Below are positions 13,244 through 28,628 of a DNA stretch of 64,000 nt, piece by piece. Position numbers and translations under genes: made by a program. Source of the stretch: Octopus vulgaris (Eukaryota); the NCBI GenBank assembly GCA_951406725.2, contig OX597815.1:83886001-83950000 (forward strand), read 5' to 3'. The notes under the pieces were generated by a model. It saw only the letters and a list, made by a program, of their open reading frames with translations, was not told where the DNA came from and did no database searches. Position 1 is the first letter of the stretch. Each line of letters opens with the position of its first letter.

Positions 13244-14398
13244 ACTTTCTCTGTTTCCCTTCAGCTTTCCAAATGTCATTAATTGTTCAAGGTATTCCAT
13301 TCTCAAATAATTCCTAGACTGTGGTCTCTGATTTTTACAAAGTTTTCTTGTGAGTTTCCCCCCCGGTTAAGCGCTTCAACATCCATCATACCATCTGTAC
13401 AGAATACCTTTATTATCCTACTCTCTTCATTTCAGAAAAGTTACTTCACTGACTAAATGATTTGCCTTGAAATTCATCTAACGTTTATATAGTTACTGTT
13501 GAATAGTCCCTGGTCAAATTTGATTGAACAAATCAGAAGTTCAAGCTGTTTCATTTCCTTTTTATGACTAAAGAATTTGAAAAAAAATTTGGCTGCCATT
13601 TTAGAAGATGAATTTATCGTATGTGGGACAACATATTCATTTCGCCCACCATACTCTTTTTGCTCACTATACATCCGACAATCTTTCTTTCGAAGCAAAA
13701 GTCTTATCTTGTTTAACGCCGTAAAATCTGGAGCTAAATATCAGTTTTAAAAAGCTCTTAGGGGCAAAGAAGTTATTTTGGATATTTATTTACCACTTGA
13801 ACCTAGGGTCCTTTACAAGTTTTTGTTATTGTTGTTCTTGCATATCTTATTGCTGGTATTGTTATCGTCGTCATCGTTGTTGTTGTTGTTGTTGTGGTTG
13901 CAGCTATTGCTGCTGTTTCTTGCATCATCTTTTATAGATAATATGATTTATTTAAAAATTGTTTACTACTCGCTCTTGAGAATAGATTAATGTCTTGGAA
14001 TGATGATTCTACTTTTTAGTTAATGATAAGAAAACGTTGTTTATTCGGCAGACACGCCAGCAATTAAAAAGAACGATAACAACAGAAATCAACAGTCTTT
14101 GTCGTCGAAGCCATTATGATCAACATCATCATTATCACCACTGTCGTCGTCGTCGTCGTCATCATCATCATCATCGTCGTCGTCAACTTCGTCATCATCG
14201 TTATCATCATATATCATCAGCATCATCCTCATCACCATCATCATCATCAACTTAAACACCGTCATAATCGCTTTAATCACCATCAGCAGGAGGACATCAG
14301 GACATGTAAGCTATGGTTTCAGCCAACATATCGGCACGTGACCCGAAGGAAAGAGGAATTTTCTCGTGAATATCTGACCCAAAATACTCACACCCCCC

Positions 14399-14457
<59 letters not shown>

Positions 14458-15139
14458 ACACACATACATACATCCACACACCCATACATACATGCATATA
14501 TGTATACTAAGCCACAGCACGATAGAACATGAGGCGAACCCCTTCGTATGGAATAAAATCATTCTTTCTTGTTTCACTTTCCAACATTTCTATCGAAGAT
14601 GTTCCTCATCGATACAATCGTCAATATCGTAGCTGGCCATTGTCACTGTGGTCGTGGTCATCATCGTCACCATGATGGTCATCTTCTTTATAATCATCGT
14701 GAGCATCACGACGCTCTTCCTACACCGCTGCATGCTCCGTTACCTCCTTCGTTTTCACTACATCATCATCAGCACAGACCACCGCCACCATCTCTGCCAC
14801 CATTACCATCACCAGTACTATCACCATTAACATCAAATTTCCCGTCTATCTATTAATATAATTAGGTAAGAAATATTTGTGTTTCACTTTGATAAGTTTC
14901 TATTTTATTATTTTTTACAGTGATTTTATTTTCTATTTCTTGTCTGGGCATTGGTTATCTTACACCGTACCAATTCTATCATTAGTCAGTTAATTTCTTA
15001 TCTAAAAGCGTATGCGTATATGTATCTGTGTGTTTCTGCCTGTATGTGAATATTCGTTTTATTTTGTGTTTATATATGTCTATAGGAAGATGTCTTTTTC
15101 TAATCTAATAAATTGCTCAACTTTGCTTTATATACTCAT

Positions 15140-15760
<621 letters not shown>

Positions 15761-17084
15761 TAACGCACGTTCGCATATATTCATCGCATATGCCTCTGGT
15801 TATGTCAGTCTGCGTGTATATGTAGGTGACATATAGTATGAATAACAGAAATAAAGAAATAATGAGTGAAGAAAATTGTTTAGTAACATAAATGGGAATG
15901 TTACATATATCAATTGGCTAATGAGAGGTTTAAGTAGGAAAGAAATTTCACCAATGTTAACTATATGCCGGACATTTTATTGTAAGAATTTGAAGACGTA
16001 TGTTGAAAGATATAAAACTGGGAAATCATAATAACCCAGTTGTTTAATGGTGGACGTGAAACAAATTAAGTGATTCTTTCTCTGAAGGACATCAAACATA
16101 TTATGTGATTCTTCTTCTGTTGACCCTGTCGATAATTTATTTTGACTATATCTTACAACATAAAATGTAATAAAATGTAATCTATTATATGTGACGAAAA
16201 AAATTATGTTATATACGTTGGTGTAAAAGGTAAATGTGTTATCGATTATTTCTTGTGAAATACACCTCATATTATATATGCAATAGATCGATGAGAATCG
16301 ATTATATTTGAGCTGAATGATCTCTAATATGATTTGAAATCAAGAGGGTTTAGACCCTCACTTCATCAACCTGTAGTTGTTAAGGAAGCAATAGTAAGGC
16401 ATAGTTATATTCATATAAACCAGATGTACAATTAATTGTATTTGCTTTTAGTGTGGCTGGTAGGTGGGGCATTTTCTCGCGGTACTTGTTTCGGCTTAGG
16501 GGTGGGCTGGAGGTAGTATTACTGGTAGTGGAGGTAGCGATGGAAGTAGCAATGGTGGTTGTGACATTGTCATTGAGATGCTGGTGATGTTCGTGATGGT
16601 ACTGCTAGTGACCACGATGACCTTTGTGGTGATTATAACGATATTTGTGATACAAGAGCTAATCAACGGAGTAGAAGCGGTAGCGAAAGTGGTGGAGGCG
16701 TGTGACCGAGGTAGGTATACTGTTGATGGTACTAGTGTTTATGGTAATGATGGTAGCGGTTAGTAATCGTTGGTGCTTTTGTATTGTTGTTGTGGTACGT
16801 GTTAATCATATACCCATAGTTAATTCGCTAATATTCACTGTAGTCCCGGCATACATGTAGTTCTTCAATGCAAAAACGTAACATATTTTTAAAATTTATA
16901 TCGAAGAATTGACGACCGTACTTGAAATCAAGATCTCTCTATAATGAAACACTCAACAAATGTACCCTAATCGACGAAAAAGCCACTACCGAAGAAAGCC
17001 AGAAAAACGCCGCCACTGAAGGAAGCCTGAAGAATACCTTGCGTAATTTGTTTCGATATTTTATATTCTTTTACGTTTATTTCT

Positions 17085-17240
17085 TTCGGTATTACATGTT
17101 CTGGGTTCGAATTCCCTCTATCTCAGATTCAACTTTTATCACCCAGGATTGATAAGTTAAAGTACAAATCATATACTGAGACCTGTTTATCATTAATTTC
17201 TCCCTAAAAATCAGACCTTTTGGTCAGGTGAAAAACAATT
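17085..17240 (+). mobile_element. Highly decayed SINE family B copy
   Basis: gttctgggttcgaattcc..gataagttaaagtac..ccctaaaaatcagacctt. Confidence 0.45.
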
Positions 17241-18164
17241 ATCCAGTTTTCCATGTAGTTCTTTAGATTTCTCAAAGAACGCTTGTACCTATATTTATAT
17301 TATTCTTATTAAACGCATTAAATTCACATTTTAAAGCATATGTTTCCCATGATAATAAGCAAGAGAACGTTTCATTAATAGGTCTTCAAGTGAAACATCT
17401 CCGCTTGTACACCACATCTAACCCAATTGAATTCTGCGAGCCAATGGGAGAGTATCCACGTCGTCGCTTCGCCTGCTAGAAATAACAACCGTTCCTCGTT
17501 GATAATATAACACAAAATACTGTGTACCTACACTATCATCAAAGGCGAAGATATTGACAACATCTGATATTTTAACGTGATTTCAACTTAGAATACCAAA
17601 TTACTTAGCCATTCAACTGCTATGAGAGAAAAACAGGTAATTGGAAATAATTTTTACCTGATCCTTTATGTCAGGCGGTTCATGTCGATGTTAGCGTCAC
17701 CTGAATAAATTTCCACTTGTGTGTCAGGCTAATAAAGCTAACATCCGTTAAGCGATGTCTAAGTCTCAATGCAATCTGTGAAGTCAAAAGTCTAACTTTC
17801 GACAATGTCAAATCAAGTGAAGCTCAGAAATATATATATAGTTTATTTCTTCTGTACTTTTTACATCTTTCTTTTCTGGTGATTTTCTATCACACACATA
17901 AGATGTTAAGCAAATGTCACTCAATTTTGACTGTGGATTTAAGAAAGTGTGTTGCTCTCCTTACAGCAGGTCTGATAAAATGTTCATGACAATCTCCAGT
18001 AATTTAACGGACGTTCAGATATATATTCATGGAAGATTCTATTTTATTTCCCTCGATAATTGCATCAATTATTACTCAAATAACAAACTACAGGTAAATA
18101 TATGTTGATCGTTTGATTTTACATTGACAATATAAATGTGAAATGAACAGAAGTGTGATCAACA

Positions 18165-18285
18165 TCTTCTCATATATCAGGAAATTACATCTACATTATT
18201 ATGGATAAATTCATCGTCTCTGAGTATGAAATATCTCCTCATATCTCCGGAAATTACACCTGCATTATTATGGATGGATTTACCT
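18165..18285. repeat. ~69-bp tandem duplication
   Basis: atcttctcatatatcaggaaattacatctacattattatggat vs atctcctcatatctccggaaattacacctgcattattatggat. Confidence 0.8.
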
Positions 18286-18680
18286 TTTCTGTGAAGCTAA
18301 CAAACTTTTTTTAAATCCTTTTATAAAACTGTGCATCATTAGAGAACGTTTGAGATCTGCTTACAATCTTACTTTGCTTTTCATAGAACTCTCGTCGATA
18401 CTTCATGAGTGTAGCCTCACCCCCTAGGATGTTTGGAAAACTCATATGTGTTTTGGCTGATGAATACGGGACACCTGTATTTGCTGCAATATTTGCAGCT
18501 TTTAATAAAGCTGTTCTTCGTATGAAACAATAGTACTGAACAACTAATCCATTCTTGTTGCTTTTTTCTTTTTTATAATCACCCCACATTATTTTATGGT
18601 TAATACCATATAGATTTCTGGTGCATCTAAGTTAAGTACTGCATTCATGTGAATTCATTGGAACTCCCTTGAATCTTAAT

Positions 18681-18754
<74 letters not shown>

Positions 18755-18756
<2 letters not shown>

Positions 18757-19057
18757 GGGAAAGGTATTCCCTGTACAGAATACACTTCGTAGTGCTCAAG
18801 AGATTTGAACTTGAGTAGGTGGAGGAGTAAATGCAAGGCCAATCAAGTTAAGCAAGTCGATAGACAAAGGATATTTAATGCATTTAACACAAAAAGTACA
18901 TATAAACAATGTCTGACATATTCCATTTTTAAACTCCATTCTGTCAACACTTCAAATTTACGATTATTTCCCTGAAGATGGAGGGTGGTGTTATCCGATG
19001 ATTGAATCAATTTACAATAATTATTTTGGACCACCAAACCGCCCAGAAACAGTTGTA
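18755..19057 (+). mobile_element. Hammerhead-bearing repeat (putative PLE pseudo-LTR), copy 1
   Basis: Homologous to 22620-22955; CTGAAGA (18972)...GAAACAGTTGTA (19046-19057). Confidence 0.55.
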
Positions 19058-19059
19058 TC

Positions 19060-19094
<35 letters not shown>

Positions 19095-20077
19095 ATTTGT
19101 ATGCATATACACACATACATACATACAGTGTGACAGAGAAGAGCTGCAACACTAAACAGTTTCAAGGAGCGTTATGAACGAGAGCGTCTCACATCATTTA
19201 CGAGGCAAGAGCTTGATAGTATGACTTCACAAAAAAACAAAATGTAAGCTCGATCGGACAGCATTTGCTACAGAAAACTGCACCGTTCTTATCATAAAAC
19301 AACTTCTATAACCATTCAGTAGCTTTTTAGGAATGGATTGAATATACCGTTGATACACTCTGAGTCTCCCAGAGAAATTGCCATGTTAAGAGTCCATCCA
19401 TATACGACAATAATGTATACAAGTAAGTCAAAATCTTAGGAACGTTGTGGTTATATGTTTTAATGACATGGTGTACAACAGAGCTTGAAACATGTGGGAC
19501 AGATATTCCACTTTTAAGAAAGAGTGTAAATGCTATCTCCGTTACAAATAACCAAGTTATCACGGTCTCAAGCATAGGAAGTATACTAGAAATATGAGAG
19601 CTGAAGAAGCTTTACATATTAATTAACTAAATTTGCTAATAATCAGCTGTATGTGCTGAGCTGCGTGTATTGACTGTTTAAAGTCTATCAGCTTACTTAC
19701 GTACTCCTCTTGCCGCGTCAAACGTTACACTTCTTAATATGTGTAAGATGTGGTGTGTGTATGCGTGTGTTCATGTGTGTGCATGCGTCTGTGTGCGTGT
19801 GTGTATGTGTGTGTATGTGTGTTCATATGGCACAAACCTACGACAAAGCATACTGAAGCATTTCATACATTCAATTTGTATCAACATGCATTGGGGTTCA
19901 GTTCCAGAATGCAATGTGTTTGAATTTCATGTATGGAAAACGGACGTATATCATCGCACACTGACAGGTCACAAACACGCGCACAATCAGGCGTAGGCAC
20001 ACACACACACACACACACACACTCACGTATACAAATGGTTTGTGAGTGTGCTCTTATGTTTGTTTACACGTAAGCAT

Positions 20078-20123
<46 letters not shown>

Positions 20124-20270
20124 GGTAGATACATACATACATACATACATAGGTAGAGAGAGAGGAAGACAAATAGTAATATATATATATATACATGTGT
20201 GTGTGTATTTGTGCGTGTGATTGTTTGTGTACGTATACATACATATATATATAAATACATATATATATAA

Positions 20271-20309
<39 letters not shown>

Positions 20310-20316
20310 TATATGT

Positions 20317-20369
<53 letters not shown>

Positions 20370-21665
20370 TATTAGAGACAATATATATATATACATAGGC
20401 AGATATATTGAAAAGTGTGTAAGAGAGTAAAATACTCACAACGCAAACGCATACACACACACACACATATAATGTATGTATTTTCCTCTCTTACACATTC
20501 TTCTCAATACATCTGCCTATCTATCTCTTTTCTGAGACTACTACGCCTTCCCATTCTTTCATTTTCGTTATTTTTCTATCTCACACACCCTCCTCCCTTT
20601 CCGTATACATCTCGCCTCTCCTTATTATATTTCCCTTACCTCATCCTACTCATTTTGTTATTTCTCTTTATTTTACCATTTTCTTGCATTATCGAAACCT
20701 AGTTTCTGTTTGTTTTCTATTAAGCTATTTTCATAGATTTTCTATCAATTTCGTAAATAGAAGCAGCAACACAAGAGAATAAAAAAAAACAAAATAAAGC
20801 AAATTAGAAAACACCATCTCATACAAATAATAAAATCTTACTAAAAAATTCATAGCGATCATGATTAGAAAATTTCTCAATGAAAAGAAAAAGTAACTTT
20901 CGTTATAAATATTTGCTAATTATTCTCTCAGTAATATAAAGTTTATTTTTGTCTTAAATAACGCTTCTTTTCTCGATGATACATTTATTATCTTCGCCCA
21001 GTAAGACAAGCTCCGTATTGGATCAGGTTGCTACGGACAAGCTAATATCTTACACTGTCATTACACGATCAAGCCACACCATTTTAGTCAGGTGGCTGTT
21101 AGAAAATGCATCAACTTGGTAGTATCTAATAACTGCCCCTTAAAGAACGAGGGGTCCTACATATGAACATTCCAACTGTTAGAAATAAAATCCATATCTT
21201 TCACTCTTAATAACTAAAGGCAAAACGCAAGAGAAAAAAAAAACGAAGGGTCGGTGCTGGAAAGATTTTGAATATATTTCCATTATTCGAGAAAAATTAA
21301 CAATATTTATACGTTTGTAAAGGTCACTGCTCATGGAAAGCTAGCCCAAAGATTTAGGAAGTTGCGAGCTGGAAATGATCAGTATAGAAAACACATAGCA
21401 GTGCTCAAATGATTTGAACTTAAATTCTGAAGGGCTTATCAACGACTTGGGTCACGGGATCAAGAGTATCAATAAGAGAAATCCAGATGACATGGTATAG
21501 GTGTAGTGACTTAGTATAGAGACATAAAAACACAATTAGGTTTGATATGTATAAAGGTATATAAACATGTATACATATTGGCATACCGATACACACATAT
21601 AAATGTGTACGTGTATGTATGTATATCTATATATGTATATATCTTTATATATGTTCATATATGTT

Positions 21666-21713
<48 letters not shown>

Positions 21714-21810
21714 TGTGTGTGTATGTGTATGTATAACCTAATTGTGCTTGTCTGCATCACTATCGTTCTCTCTCTTTCACTCTCTCGCTCGCTCCCTCAC
21801 TCTCACTACT

Positions 21811-21848
<38 letters not shown>

Positions 21849-22292
21849 TATATATATATATATATATTATATAAAAGGGCACTGTTAGTTACGAGCGGAT
21901 CTTCGAAAGGGTATGTTCTTACTTTCAGTGTTTCCAAATCCAAACCAAGGAGTTTCTGAGCTGAAGATAGAAGTGTTGTTTTGACTAATCTTGAAACGTA
22001 CGTTCTCAAATAACCTTAGCATTTGATTTATTGATGTCCTTACCCCCAAACTTTTGTGAGTTGAATTAAGCAAACACTATATATGAGAGAGATTTTCTTT
22101 AAGTATTAGAAATAGCTTTAAAAAAGTTTTTTAGCTGCTATTTCTAATGAGTTCAGTATGCGGCAAAGTAATTTACTTTACTAAGCCCTTTTATATAATG
22201 TAATAATTTGAATTCGCCTTAAATGGTCCCTTTGCATACTGAACACTTGGTGAAATTGATTAATAATTAATTAATTTTACCCTCAATTGTTG

Positions 22293-22338
<46 letters not shown>

Positions 22339-22540
22339 GAATGAAATATCTAGTTTTCTTATGCAGCCGTTCACTGAAGAGTTATATCATCACTTTTCGA
22401 AATGCAATTCATGGTGTCTGATTATATTGTGAGTTTTCTCTTGTAAATCAATTTTTGTGAACCCATTAATAGATGAAAAATTCAAATAAAGTAAAATAAA
22501 TTTTCAGTTTAAAATCGGGCATTTCATTCTTAATGATCTG

Positions 22541-22609
<69 letters not shown>

Positions 22610-22619
22610 CTCTTTTCTG

Positions 22620-22955
22620 TCATCATCTCAAATGTAAAACTTCTTCCCTGAAGACGGAGACTGCTTTTTACCTGATGATGGAATCAATTTACTATCATTA
22701 TCCTGGACCACCAAGCCCCATGAAACAGCTGTTGGACTCCTAAAATTCTTATTCCATTCCTCCAAACCCTGATATCATTTCTATTCTGTGTAAGGCGAAA
22801 CATTTTAAATGTAAACATGTACATGTTTTGTATTAAATGTATTTAATATTTTTGTATAGCGACCTGCCTAACTAGCTTATCCTTACTTCTACTCCTCCAC
22901 TCGCACAAAGTTAAACCCCCTGAACAGCACGAAGTGCATTCTATACGGAAAATAA
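22620..22955. mobile_element. Hammerhead-bearing repeat copy 2 with internal inversion
   Basis: TCC-CTGAAGA...GAAA-CAGCTG-TT-GGA at 22645-22736 (+); ~22820-22950 is a reverse-complement homologue of ~18765-18900. Confidence 0.55.
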
Positions 22956-23365
22956 CTGATTTTTTTCTATGAAATGTATATATATATATATTTAACAGTC
23001 ATTTTGAACACTTTAATGTCTTACACGACACGGTATATATTTACATTAATACTTGCTGATGGTAGCTATCAAACTTAACAAACGATCAGAAATTTTAAAG
23101 AAAGAAATATTTTATGTCAGTAGAACGCACAAATTTGCTTCGTTGCGATTGTTGCTATGAGCAGTTTTCTGTTATTAACTATCATTTTCTTATAGCATAC
23201 GCATTTCATGCTTACAAATTGAAGCGTAAACTACTCAAGCGAATCTAAATTATTTGACAACTGGTAAACTTATGCATCTACATGCATACATACACACATA
23301 CATACATGCATACATACATACACACATACATGCATGCATACAGGCAATCACACATGCATACATAC

Positions 23366-23406
<41 letters not shown>

Positions 23407-23445
23407 TAAAACACATACATGCATGCATACAGGCAATCACACATG

Positions 23446-23513
<68 letters not shown>

Positions 23514-23614
23514 TAAATCTTACTTTGAAATGGATGCGTGGTGTTCATTCATATAATAATATAAATAATATATATATATATATATATATGTGTGTATATA
23601 TATATGCATATATG

Positions 23615-24180
23615 GGTACAGGACGTCAAAAAAGCGTCAGCAATGTGACAAACGAGAACATGCCAAAGAAAAACATGGAAAACGAACTTTTTTTCGAACA
23701 ACGAAAGAAACAAATAGAGATACGAGACGGGCAACATAAAGAACATTCCCTTCATTAGTTGTCCCCTGTTTTATCTACTCTTCGTTTCGGAGGTAGGGAC
23801 AAGATGCGACTTCGTTAAATCAGTCCTTCCTGCAAATCAAATTAAATAAAATTTGGAATTTTTGTGCGGAAGTAACAAAATCAGGACAGTAAGAACAAAA
23901 CAGTAAAAACAAACGGTGTAGGCTGTTAAGCCATAACGAGGTGAAGCGAGGAACGCTGGAAAAACGAGCTTTGAGAAGAGACAGGCAAAACCACTTTCGA
24001 GGAAGTGGAAGAAAGAAATATAGATAGCCGTTGGTCACGTGTGAGCTACGAGAGAGTCAAGGAGGAAGAGTCAAGGTGAGAGGAGAAGAATTAGAGAAAA
24101 GGTGGGAGAGAAAATCAGAAAGGAAGAAGAACAAGAGAGGAAGATAGAATAGAGATAGTTTTGTAGAGTGCGCATCGGAA
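23615..24180 (-). mobile_element. Putative Penelope-like pseudo-LTR fragment
   Basis: Shares motifs with 3640-4205; degenerate hammerhead-like ACGAAG...GAAACGAAGAGTA on minus strand at ~23770-23820; flanked by long direct repeats. Confidence 0.4.
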
Positions 24181-24896
24181 TAATTTAGATAAAACTTACT
24201 TTGAAATGGATGCGTGGCGTTCGATCATATAATAATATAAATAATATATATACATATATATACATACATGTATATGTTTACATATATATGTATATATACA
24301 TGCATATATGGGTATCTATATATATATATATATACATTTACATGCATATTAAAATACACATACTCACATAACTTTTTTCGTACATAAATTGGCGTACAAC
24401 TATATACACGTATAGAGATATACACACGTGTTGGCGCGCCTGTGCACTCAACTCACGATCATCGACAGATTCATGTTAGGAAAGGTCATCTTGCCATATA
24501 AGTGTTTCATTTTCGTGTGTATAAGTGTGTGCGCGCGCGCATGTGTGTGTATGTCTGTGTGAGTATGTGAATCGTTATTATATACCTTATACTTTGATAG
24601 ATATAGAGATAGTTAGAAAGTTAGGTAGATATAGAAAGAGAGGAGATGGATTTTTGAAGCTTCGACGACGTTATAAGCACTCGGCTATTGGAGCATTGCA
24701 TCTTATTGCAGAAATAGCCGTGTGCTAATGAAATTCATTACACCATTTCTTGTTTCCGTGTTATTTATAGTATCCGCTCTTACACTCTTTTCGTGACCAA
24801 CGCTTTCATTTGAAGAATATGTGTAGTGATTCTAACACCCGGCTATTAGTATCGCTATGGCTAAACGAAATATTTAAATAGATAGATAAATAAATA

Positions 24897-25135
24897 ACTT
24901 TATTTATTGGCCACACAGGGCTGAACACAAAGAGGACAAATACAAATGTAGAGCTTTTCTTTTCGAAGATGGAAAAAGGAAAAGGAAAATAATGGAAACA
25001 AATGTAAAAATTCCGATCAAAAGGGATCGTGTATCTCAGAAATAATAATTTTTTTTACAGTAAGAAACAAGATTAGTTTCATCTGTGGAAAGAAAAGCTC
25101 ACAGAAAAGACCACGGTAATCTCAGGTAGGGAGGA
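24897..25135 (-). mobile_element. 3' UTR fragment of a LINE (possibly L1/Tx1-like)
   Basis: Minus strand ends ...tttgtcctctttgtgttcagccctgtgtggccAATAAAtaaag; tail similar to that of the SINE at 35541-35773. Confidence 0.55.
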
Positions 25136-25157
25136 AACAAACACATGAGAGCAAAGT

Positions 25158-25215
<58 letters not shown>

Positions 25216-25389
25216 TCTTACGATTTACAGGATCACGCTCAAAGTGGTTTCGTCACTCGCACGCACCATCTTTGCTACATTCACCCACCTTCTTTCGAAA
25301 CTTTCACGAGACAAAACCTGCCTCTCCATTCTCACCTTCCTTTTCAAGTGAGATAGATAGAGAATTAGGTAGATAAATTGATTGATTGA

Positions 25390-25426
25390 TAGATATATAG
25401 ATAGATAGAGAGATAGATAGATAGAC

Positions 25427-25509
<83 letters not shown>

Positions 25510-25510
25510 C
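25390..25510. repeat. (GATA)n microsatellite
   Basis: Direct reading. Confidence 0.95.
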
Positions 25511-26384
25511 TGATTAACCAGCTAAAGCTGCAGGAAGACATCGGTTGTGCTATTTCTTTTTGTAAATGGACAAATATTTGTAAACAAATATGTTATACTC
25601 AAAATACTTCAGCGTATAACAACTTGTTGGAAATAATAAAAATAATTCCAAATATTTAGGGTCGCACAAGAAACTTTGTCCAAACGTTCATGTTGCAGAT
25701 ATTGTCATCGTTCATTTAATAATTTCGTTCTTTATTGTACCTTACTATTGAATAATTACTATTGAACACTTTTCTCTTTTTGTTTTATATTGATTTTTTT
25801 TAAATACAGACGTAAGCATATCAAACGATTGAAAGTACAGTATCATTAAGGATATGACCAAAAAACGAGGAAACTAATCAAATGCACCAGTCTATAAAAT
25901 TCATTATGTTAACCAATTAGTAAGCTTATCATTTCTATGGGAAGAAATTAGCAAAAATAATCAATAAAGAAACAAAATACGAAGCTTTCGATAAGTAAAA
26001 TAATTCAGTTTTCGTTCGTGTTTTCGGTCCTATCATTTTTACACGCATGCATTTGGGGTTTTGATATACCATAGCAATCGGGTAAAAGTTTAAATTCTTT
26101 CAAATAAAGTCTGCTTTAAATCTTTAAAGTAAATTTTCCCCGTCAATTCTCCTCTTACTTTTCTTTTAAATAGTTAATACACATCATGATAAAAATAGTA
26201 ATTATGCTTCTCTGATAGATTCCGTTTTACAAAATATTGACTTCTAAAATTGTCATTCTTGTATAGAAAGATATAAAATAGTAAATATGTAACAAATTGT
26301 TTCTTGAATATACTCCTTCTAATGTTGAAAGTAGATGCCTTTTAAGGCTGAGCATAAAAATTAGAAATAGGACACACAAAAAGA

Positions 26385-26693
26385 ATCTATTTCCAAAGTA
26401 ATCGAACACAAAAAATGCAATGGGTTATTTCCCTTGAGTGTTTAATATATATTGTACAGGTGCTATGCGTTATTTCCCTTGGGTTTAAAACAATTAGTTC
26501 TACGAAGTAGATATAAATGTCTCTTCCAGGGGCGTATTGTCGATTTTTCAACAATTTAAGTATGTCACGAGGTTTCCAGTCATGAGTTCTACTCACGTGT
26601 CAAGTTTCATCAAAATCAATAAAACGATGTAGGAGCAGTTAGCTAACAACGCCACAAACAAACACACACCGATTTTCCATATATGTAGTAGAT
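26385..26693. mobile_element. Non-autonomous Helitron/Helentron-like element
   Basis: caagtttcatcaaaatc..taggag..acaaacaaacacacac..tttccatatatgtagtagat end, as recalled for Lep1/DINE-like rolling-circle elements. Confidence 0.5.
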
Positions 26694-28478
26694 GTATGTT
26701 GGTTTATATGTATGTTTGCATAAGCTGTAAGAAGTAGAACGAACCAACTATGAAACTTTTCTGTCGACATTTAACCTTCCATAAATGGCAGGCATTATAT
26801 AAAAACCTCTTATCGTAAAAGAGGAACGATTCATTGAACAAAGTATTCATAGATACACTATGCCTAAAATAAAGACAGGACTACGTCAGCAGAAAGAACC
26901 CTCGGCACAGCACTGATATATAGGACTGATCGAAGGAACAATAACAAATTAATTAAAACCACGAAACATTTACGCATACACAAAATAATGAACATTCAGT
27001 AATGTGAAAGACACATGCTAAATTGCACTAGTTGCATGTCAACGTCCAGATATTTGATACCCATATAAACATTCGATCATGACTGAATAAATTATATTGT
27101 AAATATTTTAGAATAAGTTGGTCTGAGGGTGGATGCACATATTCTAAAACAGAGTTTCCCGATTAGAGATTATAGAGATAAAAGAGTAGATGTATTGGAC
27201 GCAATTTAGCATGAGACATTAGGATTCTGACTTATAATCTTAGAAATTAGGCATTGTGTTTTGTGCCTGCCGTTCATGTCGAAGTCGTAAAAGCACAACT
27301 TTGAAATGTATAAATTTCCCGGAAATATGTTGGTAAGACGAACTGAGAAGTGCAGGTTCAACGCGAAATTACATATATTTTAGAATTTATGTCAAAATAT
27401 GAACTATTATTCCTACAGTACACCTAAAACCAGTCCCTAGTTCTATCTCCCACACCATAAAGGAATGCTTTCCTCTCGATTTTACACATTTATTTTCATT
27501 CATTTTCTCAGTATTAACCGAAATGTTTAGATTATTGCAATGTAAAACAAATTACTGTATGCAAGAGTCTACATTACTTATTGGAAAACTAGTTGCGAGA
27601 AAACTGACCCAAATTAATAACGTATTGGCGTAGCAAGTTCAATGTTGATTAGTATTATATCTGCTGCAGGACTTCATTTCGTGTTGATTCTGATCTCAAC
27701 ACCTTATTCTGTTGATCACCTTTTACCGTTCAGCTTGTTATAAAGGATTAGAAGACTTCGTGAAATGTTATTAGTGATTGGGTAATATATTCATAAAATA
27801 TCAATCACGTTAATGATTCTGATTTGAAGCTAAACACCTGTGTTATGTATTCTTGGTCTTTTGGCGTCATTAATAAGCATTTAAATATATATATATATAT
27901 ATAGCTATATCTCTTGTGTAAGAAACCATTATGTTAAAAGTCGACGGCCTTATCATTGTTACTGAACATAGATTTAACATTCTGGGATAATCTCGTCATT
28001 TTCTATTTCCCCTCACCTTGGATTAGATCAGCTTTCAGCCAAATCCTATCCAGTTAATATCTAATGTAGAACTGACATTATATATTTAATAAGTTTCTCG
28101 CAAAATCTTACAGTTGTTCTGTGTCAATTAGAAATACTTGGCAATATTTTTAGCTACAGTTCTTGAAGGCCTCTTTACAAGCCTTGTGATAAGAAATTAT
28201 TTGTCTTATCACAAAATTCATGTTTCGATAATAATGACTTACTAATGTGTCTAAGTTCAGTTTCCAATTTTCCCGCAGAATATTTTGAGGATATGGTCTT
28301 CCATTTATCACAATTCTTTTCCCATTATTATTAACACTATTACGCAAAATATGAAGCGGAATGGCCAGTATGCTTTGTGATGATAATAATAATTATAAGA
28401 GCAATAAAAGTAATAATAGGAATGGCAACAACAACAAAACAAACATCAACAGCATCAAGATAACAGTATGGGTGATAA

Positions 28479-28540
<62 letters not shown>

Positions 28541-28548
28541 TGATAATA

Positions 28549-28593
<45 letters not shown>

Positions 28594-28628
28594 ATGATGA
28601 TGATGATGATGATGACGACGACGATGAT

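Noticed and set aside
19130-19400. SSIGQHLLQK resembling a PLE endonuclease tail
   Set aside because: Single short motif; the surrounding frames could not be reconciled by eye
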